Assembly: GCA_020697515.1 (NCBI GenBank)
Contig: JAIXNB010000015.1
Location: 1 to 11,876 of the forward strand
DNA from: Nanobdellota archaeon
GTDB lineage: Archaea > Nanobdellota > Nanobdellia > Nanobdellales > Nanobdellaceae
Length of the DNA stretch: 11,876 nucleotides
Reading direction: 5' to 3'
Below are positions 5,858-11,876 of this stretch, piece after piece. The translations under genes were made by a program, and so were the position numbers. The first letter of the stretch is position 1. Each line of letters opens with the position of its first letter. Under the pieces are notes generated by a model. That model was given only the letters and a program-made list of their open reading frames with translations. It did no database searches and was not told the DNA's origin.

Positions 5858-6382
5858 TTATACGGAAGAAGTGTTGTTTTGCTTGGAAAGTACAGCTTTT
5901 ATATTCTTTTTAACATTATTATAAACTTTCCACCATTTACCAATCTCGAGCCAATAATAATAAGGTACCAAATGTATATATTTCCTGTGAACTGTTGCAA
6001 GAACTTTGTAATTTTCCTTTAGTACTTTTCTTACAAGTTGCTTAAATTTTTCTGAATAGAATTCCATTGGCCCTATCTCGTCTATTACAATAATTCTATC
6101 TCTATACAAATCGATCTTATCCAGCATATATGAAGAAAATATATCCAAATTCTCCTTTATTATGAAATACTTTCCAATTCTATAGGGTGTTCTTACATTA
6201 GTGCTTGCGAGTAAAATTTTCTCGCCCCACGTAGCCACTATCTTAAACCCAACCCTCTTTTTGTTCTCTCTAATTTCCTCTGTCCAAAACCCAAAGAAAT
6301 TGTCTATTCCGAACTCTGTTATTACTCTCCTAATAAGGCTTGTTTTACCTGTCCTTGGATTACCTGAAATAAATATTTTCAT
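5858..6382 (-). CDS. Nucleoside-triphosphatase, THEP1 / NTPase_1 family
   Basis: 174 aa: MKIFISGNPRTGKTSLIRRV (P-loop), GFWTEEIRENKKRVGFKIV, IGKYFI, IIVIDEIGPMEFYSEKF (Walker B) and VLATVHRK. Order and spacing match the THEP1 family. The P-loop is slightly deviant (GNPRTGKT). A TATA-like AATATATTTT (6404-6413, minus) lies ~26 nt upstream. Confidence 0.85.
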   Translation of the reverse strand: MKIFISGNPRTGKTSLIRRVITEFGIDNFFGFWTEEIRENKKRVGFKIVATWGEKILLASTNVRTPYRIGKYFIIKENLDIFSSYMLDKIDLYRDRIIVIDEIGPMEFYSEKFKQLVRKVLKENYKVLATVHRKYIHLVPYYYWLEIGKWWKVYNNVKKNIKAVLSKQNNTSSV

Positions 6383-6544
6383 TTTTAGAATTAAGATTTA
6401 GAGAAAATATATTATTTCTATACCAATCTAAATTTTCTGATTATACTCCCTCCATCTACAGTTTCTATGATACGTGGATATGTATTTTTGCTAACTTAGA
6501 GCTGTCCTTTAGTCTCGAAAATATTATTTATTAAAATTTTATCT

Positions 6545-7372
6545 ATGACCATTAAAATTATGGATACTTATGTTAGGGTTACTGATTTTTTAGATTACTT
6601 ATTCTGTCCTCGAAAAATATATTTGAAGAGGGTTTTGGATCTAGAGGAAGAAAGAGGGGAAAAAGCATTATTTGGTACTCTAGTACACTCTGTTTTTGAT
6701 AGATTGAATGAGGTGGAAGAGAGTATAGTTTATGAAATAGACGATGAGTATTCATTCGATTATATCCTAAAGATATATGAAATAACAGCTAATAAAATAA
6801 TAAGCGATGTTTTAAACAACTATTCTAAGGAAATTGATAAATTTTCGCTATCTAAGGAATATCTATTCATAGAGTTGAAGAAACACATCTATGATGATGT
6901 ATATGAGAGAGCCAAGAATGTTTACAACACTATGAAGACCTATCAAGAGTATGGGATCTTTCTGTGGGACAAGTTAGAACCTAAAATAAAATCAGAATTA
7001 GAACTTCTATCAGATACTTTGAAAATCGTTGGGAGGGTTGATAGGATAGAATTCTATAGAGATTACATTATTCCTGTTGAAATAAAGTCAGGGAACTATT
7101 CTAATAGCCATATTTTTCAATTACATGCATATGCACTTTTACTTAAACATAATTTTCCAAGATATATTATTGATAGAGGAATAATATATTATACAAAATC
7201 TAGGAAGAGAAAGGAAGTAAGATTAAATTATAGATGTTTTAAGAGAGTTCTTACTATGAGAGATAGAATACTTAGTATAATAGAAAATGAACAAGATCCG
7301 GGTATGAATAAAAATCTAAATAAATGTGTAAAATGCACATTCTACGAAATTTGTAAAAAATTAAAATTATGA
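6545..7372 (+). CDS. cas4: Cas4-family (DUF83) RecB-like PD-(D/E)xK exonuclease with a 4-Cys Fe-S cluster signature; no cas or CRISPR neighbours
   Basis: 275 aa. N-terminal Cys in FLDYLFCPRKIYLK, GTLVHSVF, IVGRVDRIEF (motif II), IPVEIKSG (motif III), FQLHAYALLL (QxxxY), and C-terminal CVKCTFYEIC (C-x2-C-x5-C). Confidence 0.85.
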   Translation: MTIKIMDTYVRVTDFLDYLFCPRKIYLKRVLDLEEERGEKALFGTLVHSVFDRLNEVEESIVYEIDDEYSFDYILKIYEITANKIISDVLNNYSKEIDKFSLSKEYLFIELKKHIYDDVYERAKNVYNTMKTYQEYGIFLWDKLEPKIKSELELLSDTLKIVGRVDRIEFYRDYIIPVEIKSGNYSNSHIFQLHAYALLLKHNFPRYIIDRGIIYYTKSRKRKEVRLNYRCFKRVLTMRDRILSIIENEQDPGMNKNLNKCVKCTFYEICKKLKL

Positions 7373-7388
7373 AAAACTATAGGGAAAA

Positions 7389-7757
7389 ATGGAGGTTGAA
7401 GGGGTAATAGAAGCTATTAGCTATCGAAATAAAGGAATAAAAGTTAGAGGCAAATGGTACAGTGTTTCTGAAGATGTTTTAAAACAAGTTCAAAAAAATC
7501 ATAAAGTGAAGCTGACTTTGGACGATTTTGGAAATGTAATGGATATTAAAATATTAGGTTATGAAGAAAAGATAGATAAAGATATTAAAATTGAATCTCT
7601 TAGGGCATCAATCGAGATTCTAAAACTAGTCTTTCAATATGGACAACCATATGATATCTCACCGGCCACCCAATCTAATAATTTAGAGGAACAAGTAAGA
7701 CAGTTTACAACTATTCTAGAAAAAACATACAAAAGGATTTTAAATATGTTGAAATGA
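7389..7757 (+). CDS. Hypothetical 122-aa protein (beta-rich N-terminal half, helical C-terminal half), translationally coupled to the NFACT-R gene
   Basis: ORF begins MEVEGVIEAISYRNKGIKVRGKWYSVSEDVLK... No family recognised. Its TGA overlaps the next ATG (ATGA at 7754-7757), and it starts 16 nt after the cas4-like stop. Confidence 0.65.
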   Translation: MEVEGVIEAISYRNKGIKVRGKWYSVSEDVLKQVQKNHKVKLTLDDFGNVMDIKILGYEEKIDKDIKIESLRASIEILKLVFQYGQPYDISPATQSNNLEEQVRQFTTILEKTYKRILNMLK

Positions 7758-8533
7758 TTATCGAATTAGATAAAAGAAAATCCATCTTTGAAAATGCTTC
7801 TATTTATTTTGAAAAGGCTAAAAAGCTAAGAAGTAAGTTAAAAAGATTAGAAATCCAAATAAATGCTACTAAAGAGAAGATTTCCCAAATAGGTAAGGAA
7901 ATTGAAGATGAAAAAAGAAAACTGGAGAAAAAAAGAAAGAAAAAGTGGTATGAGAAATTTAGATGGTTCCATACTTCTAATGGATTTTTGTTAGTTGCAG
8001 GAAAGGACGCAATTACTAACGAAATATTGATAAGAAAATATCTTGATCATACTGATCTTGTTTTTCATGCAGAAATTCATGGATCGCCTTTTGGCGTGCT
8101 AAAAAGGGGAAAAGATGCTAATGAAGTAGATATTACTGAAGCGGCACAATTTGTTGCATCATATTCAAAAGCTTGGAAACAAAAACTGGCATATATAGAG
8201 GTCTATTATATATATCCTGAGCAAGTATCCAAACAGGCGCCAGCTGGGGAGTATCTACCAAAAGGCTCCTTTATGATCTATGGAAAAAAAAATTATGTTA
8301 GAGCTAAACTTGAAATAGCATTAGGAGTTGATCCTAATAAAAATCCAATACCTGGGGTTCCATCTTCAGTATCGAAGAAAACTAGCGAATATGTAGTTAT
8401 AATCCCTGGTAATAAGAAGCCTCTAGAAACTGCAAAAGAAATATCAAGTTTTTTAAAAATACCTGTAGAAGATATACTACCTTTTATCCCAGGGGAAAGC
8501 GAAATAGTTAAAAAAGTTAGTGCGATTAGGTAA
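7754..8533 (+). CDS. Truncated NFACT/RqcH (Rqc2/Tae2/FbpA-family) homologue: distal coiled-coil helix, NFACT-R (DUF814) and C-terminal region only
   Basis: 259 aa. NASIYFEKAKKLRSKLKRLE followed by a K/E coiled coil, then WYEKFRWFHTSNGFLLVAGKDAITNEILIRKYLDHTDLVFHAEIHGSPFGVLK. This is the classic NFACT-R motif (F.W..S.[DN]G..[IL].[VA]G[KR][DN]...N..L......D...HA...G[SA]). There is no NFACT-N or HhH portion. Confidence 0.85.
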   Translation: MIIELDKRKSIFENASIYFEKAKKLRSKLKRLEIQINATKEKISQIGKEIEDEKRKLEKKRKKKWYEKFRWFHTSNGFLLVAGKDAITNEILIRKYLDHTDLVFHAEIHGSPFGVLKRGKDANEVDITEAAQFVASYSKAWKQKLAYIEVYYIYPEQVSKQAPAGEYLPKGSFMIYGKKNYVRAKLEIALGVDPNKNPIPGVPSSVSKKTSEYVVIIPGNKKPLETAKEISSFLKIPVEDILPFIPGESEIVKKVSAIR

Positions 8534-8574
8534 TAATATTTCCAATATTCCGTCTATACATTTGGTAGTAGGTT

Positions 8575-8590
8575 GAGAAAAGTTTATAAA
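8575..8590 (+). promoter_or_regulatory. Candidate BRE/TATA (GAGAAAAG-TTTATAAA) for the surface-protein gene
   Basis: TTTATAAA at 8583-8590 is centred ~26 nt upstream of the ATG at 8613, with a purine-rich BRE-like element immediately upstream. Confidence 0.5.
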
Positions 8591-8612
8591 TTTCTACACC
8601 CAATAGTAGTAC

Positions 8613-10196
8613 ATGAAGGCCAAATATCTCCTACCTGTATTAGCTCTTTTACTAATACCTACAGTATTTGCACAAAGCGTAGATATAGAGTTTGTAGAGT
8701 ATCCTAACTATGTCACACCAGAAACTTTACAGCAAACAACATTGTCATTAAAATTAATAGCCAATGTGAACACTGACGATCACCAAATAATAGATAATGG
8801 ATATGATATAGCAGATCCAACATTGTATGTGTATGTATTAGGAGAGGATGGTAGAATATTGTATGAAGAGAACTTATATGTGGGATTAGCGGAGGGAGTG
8901 AATACAATTGATGTGTATATTCCAGGAAGCATTATTGCAGAGAAACTGTCTCAGAAAGATGGGTCTATAAGGGTGATAGCCAATATGACAGTTGTATTTA
9001 CTAATGGTACTAATGTGATTACAAGATATGACGATACATCTATCACTATATATATAAAGGATAATATTAAATCAGGAGAGCTGGATATAATATATCTAGC
9101 ACCAAATTTAACTAAGCAAAAAGAATTTGATAGGAGGGTGTATACATTCCTAGTAGGTATAAAGAACGATGGTTCTAGGAAGGCAAACAATGTTGCAGTG
9201 TATTTGAGAGTATACGACCAATATGGGGTGAGAAAAATAAATCTAGTAAACTATATGTCCATCGGCGCGCAGAAATATGTTGAAGCAAGATTCGATGTAA
9301 ACTTTGGTATATTGGAGCCAGGACATTATAAATTAGCCATAGAGGTATATAAAGAGGGATTAAAAGTATTTGAAAAAGAATATCCAATAATAATAGCTCC
9401 CCTACAAATTAATGCTATAAAAGTATATGACGTTTCAATATTACCACCAGAATACGAACCAGGGGACTTAGTTCTTATAAAAATGACATTAAGAAATGTC
9501 TTAGATAAGCCAATAGTAGTCAAGCCAGAGCTGGTTTCTGAAGATCTAAATCTGTATAGATCTTTAAGCAGCTTTGAGTTCGCTCCAGGAGAGGCAAAAG
9601 AGTTTAAGGTAGTAGTGCCATTACCGGAAGATCTAAAACCTGGAAGATATCATGTAACATTAAGATTCATGTATAATCAGTATGTAAAGCAGGATTACAA
9701 AGTTGTATTAAGAATTCCAGGAGGGATGGGTGACATAGAACAAGAGTTAGTTACTGCTGAGTTATTAGCACCCTCGGAGATAATAGTAGGAGAGAATAAA
9801 ACTGCAAAATTAATACTAACATCACACGTAGAGGATATAATACCGGTTAAAATAGAGGCATACGCTACTAAGGTAGATATAAAATTATCGAAGGATCAAT
9901 TAATTGTTGGTGGAATTGGATTGAAAAAGAAAATAACATTAGATATAATAGGAAAACAGACAGGAAAAGATAATATAACAGTGGAAGTAATAGATTTGAA
10001 CACAGGTAAGGTTCTTGCTAAGATAGAACAACCAATAGATATACTACCCCCATCTCCTAACGAGACAAAAACAATTACAAGAACAATATTAGGTAAGGAT
10101 AAATTGATAATATTGATTGGAGGAATAATTATATTGGCAGCAATAGCATTATTCCTTATGAAAAGAAAGGAAGAAGAGGAAAAACCCTCTGAGTAG
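8613..10196 (+). CDS. Secreted, C-terminally membrane-anchored cell-surface protein with CARDB/Ig-like repeats (S-layer or adhesin candidate)
   Basis: 527 aa. Signal peptide MKAKYLLPVLALLLIPTVFAQS. CARDB-like stretch FLVGIKNDGSRKANNVAVYLRVYDQYG and further beta-rich ~100-aa modules. Several N-x-S/T sequons (NMT, NGT, NLT, NKT, NIT, NET). C-terminal TM LIILIGGIIILAAIALFLM followed by KRKEEEEKPSE. Confidence 0.8.
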   Translation: MKAKYLLPVLALLLIPTVFAQSVDIEFVEYPNYVTPETLQQTTLSLKLIANVNTDDHQIIDNGYDIADPTLYVYVLGEDGRILYEENLYVGLAEGVNTIDVYIPGSIIAEKLSQKDGSIRVIANMTVVFTNGTNVITRYDDTSITIYIKDNIKSGELDIIYLAPNLTKQKEFDRRVYTFLVGIKNDGSRKANNVAVYLRVYDQYGVRKINLVNYMSIGAQKYVEARFDVNFGILEPGHYKLAIEVYKEGLKVFEKEYPIIIAPLQINAIKVYDVSILPPEYEPGDLVLIKMTLRNVLDKPIVVKPELVSEDLNLYRSLSSFEFAPGEAKEFKVVVPLPEDLKPGRYHVTLRFMYNQYVKQDYKVVLRIPGGMGDIEQELVTAELLAPSEIIVGENKTAKLILTSHVEDIIPVKIEAYATKVDIKLSKDQLIVGGIGLKKKITLDIIGKQTGKDNITVEVIDLNTGKVLAKIEQPIDILPPSPNETKTITRTILGKDKLIILIGGIIILAAIALFLMKRKEEEEKPSE

Positions 10197-10207
10197 CTTT
10201 TACCAAT

Positions 10208-10218
10208 CTTTGTTTTTT
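10208..10218 (+). terminator. Oligo-T tract, candidate archaeal terminator after the surface-protein gene
   Basis: ctttgtttttt lies 12 nt after the stop codon. Archaeal RNA polymerase terminates at T-runs. Confidence 0.4.
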
Positions 10219-10309
10219 ACCATTAATTTATTATTTTTTAAATAATATCTAGAAATTCTCGACTTGTCACAATTTTTAGCAATTTTATCTCATAACCATT
10301 AACCGTATT

Positions 10310-10408
10310 GGGCCCGCGGGGATTCGAACCCCGGACCTCCGGCTTTCTTAGATGTACGAGCGCCAAGTCTTATAAGGCCGGCGCTCTCACCGCTGAGCTA
10401 CGGGCCCT
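10310..10408 (-). tRNA. tRNA-Ile, anticodon UAU, with a 26-nt intron at the canonical 37/38 position; CCA not encoded
   Basis: Minus-strand manual fold: GGGCCCG-TA-GCTC-AGCGGTGA-GAGC-G-CCGGC-CTTATA[intron]A-GCCGG-AGGTC-CGGGG-TTCGAAT-CCCCG-CGGGCCC-A. All stems are fully Watson-Crick, the T-loop is TTCGAAT and the discriminator is A73. The anticodon TAT is at 10375-10373. Confidence 0.85.
10346..10371 (-). other. tRNA intron (26 nt) with a bulge-helix-bulge-like context
   Basis: Positions 32-35 (CTTA) pair with the intron's TAAG to give a 4-bp central helix. It is flanked by 3-nt bulges: TA|A on the 5' side and AA|A on the 3' side. The outer helix is weak (about 2 bp). Confidence 0.7.
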
Positions 10409-10434
10409 ATATAAGTAATAAAGAGGTAGCAACT

Positions 10435-10444
10435 ATTTTAAAGA
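10435..10444 (-). promoter_or_regulatory. Candidate TATA box for the tRNA gene
   Basis: Minus-strand CTTTAAAATA, centred ~31 nt upstream of tRNA position 1. Confidence 0.45.
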
Positions 10445-10705
10445 TTTTTGGTAGGTAATCTACTTAATACCTTAAACTAATGTATTGTTGGATGATTTAG
10501 GCCGGGAACTCTCTGTTAGTATCTAATAATCTAATAAAATCCATGTATTATCCTTAAAATCAAATATAGAAGCATATTAAAAATACCCATAAAAGTATAT
10601 AGTTATTATATGGTTCTAAAAAACTAAATTATTATACTGTATCTTGAACTTGACGTATAGAAGTAGTTCATAACAATACTTAAGATTACGTAACATAACA
10701 TATTT

Positions 10706-11876
10706 ATGGATGAACAACTAGTAAAAAAGTTACAGGAGCTATATTCAATAGTTAAAGATGAAATCTCTGAGTCTCTTAAAAAAGGTAGCTGTACTATCAT
10801 TATATCCCATAAAGCAATCGCTGCCGTAGATATAAAGCTCGCAGAGGAAGTATTAAATAACCCTAAAAATACCTTAAAGGTTCTGGAAAAATTCTTTAGC
10901 CAAAAACTCGGGATTAATGTAAAAGTTAGAATAAAAGATCTACCCAAGGATCGTTGGATAAGAATTAGAGATATCCGTTCAGAGCATATAGGAAAATTAA
11001 TCGAAACTGAAGGGATAATAAAGGTATCTACTGAAGTAAGACCTGTTGTAGTGGCTGTTAAGTACTACCATAATAAATGTGGGGGAGAATTCTGGTATAA
11101 CCTGTTTGGAGAAGATAGTGACAAAGAACAGTTTATTAGATTCAAAATAGAAAAACCTAAAGTTTGTTCCGTGTGTGGTGAATCCGAAGGTAGATTCGTA
11201 GAAGTAGAAAGAAAAACTGTAGATATGCAAAGACTTTTGGTTGAGGAGACTCCTGATCAAATTGAAAGAGGGGAGCAACCCGCACAAATTATTGTGTTTC
11301 TTACAGAAGATTTGTGCGAACCTCGTATGGAAAGAAGGACAATCCCTGGTACTAGAATAAGGATTGTAGGAGTTGTAGAGGCTCTTCAAAATTCAAAGAC
11401 ACAGGCTGTGTTAGATTTAATAATAAATGCGGTATATATAGAACCTGTGGAAAAAGATATAGAGGATATCAAAATTTCAGAGGAGGATGAGCTGAAAATT
11501 AAAGAGTTAGCAAAATCAGGAGATGTTCTCAACATTCTAGCTAGATCTATCGCCCCTAGCATACATGGAAAGCATTATGAGCATATAAAAAAAGCATTAA
11601 TATTACAATTGGTAGGCGGCGTAAAGAAAATACGATCCGATGGTACAAGGGTAAGGGGAGATATACATATGCTTCTTATAGGAGATCCGGGAACTGGAAA
11701 GAGTATAACACCAGATTCTAAAATAGTCATTATTGATGAAAGTAGAAAAATAAATGTTGTACCAATAGGAGAGTTTGTAGATCAATTAATTGAAGATAAT
11801 ACGAATAAAGTAATATTATATGGTGATACAGAGATTTTAAATTTGTTAGATATTAATAGAATTTTTTATACTATAT
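10706..11876 (+). CDS. mcm: MCM replicative helicase, N-terminal ~390 codons (partial; runs off window end), interrupted by an intein after the Walker A lysine
   Basis: Manual translation from ATG 10706, with an in-frame TAA at 10691: MDEQLVKKLQELYS...WIRIRDIRSEHIGKLIETEGIIKV...HNKCGGEF...CSVCGESEG (Zn motif)...MQRLLVEETPDQIERGEQP...ILARSIAPSIHGKHYEHIKKALILQLVGGVKKIRSDGTRVRGDIHMLLIGDPGTGK. No stop codon to the window end. This gene is absent from the supplied ORF track. Confidence 0.9.
   Translation, partial: MDEQLVKKLQELYSIVKDEISESLKKGSCTIIISHKAIAAVDIKLAEEVLNNPKNTLKVLEKFFSQKLGINVKVRIKDLPKDRWIRIRDIRSEHIGKLIETEGIIKVSTEVRPVVVAVKYYHNKCGGEFWYNLFGEDSDKEQFIRFKIEKPKVCSVCGESEGRFVEVERKTVDMQRLLVEETPDQIERGEQPAQIIVFLTEDLCEPRMERRTIPGTRIRIVGVVEALQNSKTQAVLDLIINAVYIEPVEKDIEDIKISEEDELKIKELAKSGDVLNILARSIAPSIHGKHYEHIKKALILQLVGGVKKIRSDGTRVRGDIHMLLIGDPGTGKSITPDSKIVIIDESRKINVVPIGEFVDQLIEDNTNKVILYGDTEILNLLDINRIFYTI
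11702..11876 (+). mobile_element. N-terminal part of an intein inserted in the MCM P-loop (Ser-1 intein), truncated by the window end
   Basis: After GDPGTGK the expected SQLL continuation is replaced by SITPDSKIVIIDESRKINVVPIGEFVDQLIEDN... This fits intein block A ([CS]-[ILV]-x-x-[DG]-[ST]-x-[ILV]) followed by a typical 'x-I-x-E-[LF]-V' strand. The Walker A loop of MCM is a known intein insertion site. Confidence 0.7.

Noticed and set aside
6201-6401. 66-aa plus-strand ORF
   Set aside because: Antisense to the P-loop end of the THEP1 NTPase gene. No independent support.
6383-8612. Search for a CRISPR array or other cas genes around the Cas4-like gene
   Set aside because: There are no regularly spaced direct repeats of 24-40 nt in the flanking intergenic regions (6383-6544, 8534-8612) or elsewhere in the window. 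The neighbours are not cas genes.
8713-9523. Four overlapping minus-strand ORFs (64-79 aa)
   Set aside because: All are antisense to the 527-aa surface-protein gene, fragmented across different frames, and of low complexity.
10409-10705. Unusually long (~300 nt) AT-rich non-coding gap between the tRNA and MCM: replication origin or small RNA?
   Set aside because: I found no repeated ORB-like elements or extended inverted repeats, only short chance repeats such as taatcta. Archaeal origins usually flank orc1/cdc6 rather than mcm. The C-box-like GGATGAT at 10491-10497 has no downstream CTGA D box at appropriate spacing. Left unannotated.
10624-11785. Three minus-strand ORFs (107, 130 and 60 aa)
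   Set aside because: They are antisense to the unbroken plus-strand MCM reading frame, which has unmistakable MCM motifs. The track lists only these because the MCM ORF has no stop within the window.

Overview
AT-rich, gene-dense archaeal chromosomal segment. One strongly GC-rich, intron-containing tRNA in an AT-rich background suggests a thermophile. That tRNA's UAU anticodon, the compact or truncated genes and the leaderless-type promoter spacing fit a small-genome DPANN/Nanoarchaeota-like lineage best, but this is inference only. Contents in order: (1) 5' part of an exosome cap subunit gene (rrp4, minus strand, running off the window start and ending in a 60-bp fold-back inverted repeat), translationally coupled to an upstream HTH/coiled-coil gene. 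(2) A four-CBS protein whose C-terminal ~110 aa look like a bacterial-type ribosome hibernation factor (HPF/RaiA fold); I consider this the most interesting candidate. (3) A small membrane protein. (4) An HExxH metallopeptidase-like gene broken by a -1 frameshift at A-runs. (5) A minus-strand cluster of two tandem single-cluster ferredoxins followed by three tandem paralogous 5-TM membrane proteins of a family I do not recognise. (6) A THEP1-type NTPase. (7) A plus-strand trio: orphan Cas4-family nuclease, a 122-aa unknown, and an N-terminally truncated NFACT/RqcH homologue (coiled coil, NFACT-R and C-terminal region only). (8) A 527-aa secreted, C-terminally anchored surface protein with CARDB/Ig-like repeats. 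(9) tRNA-Ile(UAU) with a 26-nt canonical intron. (10) The 5' part of MCM helicase, interrupted in its Walker A loop by the start of an intein and running off the window end. The supplied ORF track misses rrp4 and MCM because both run off the window edges. All long ORFs antisense to these genes are judged to be shadows. No CRISPR array, rRNA or transposase was seen.
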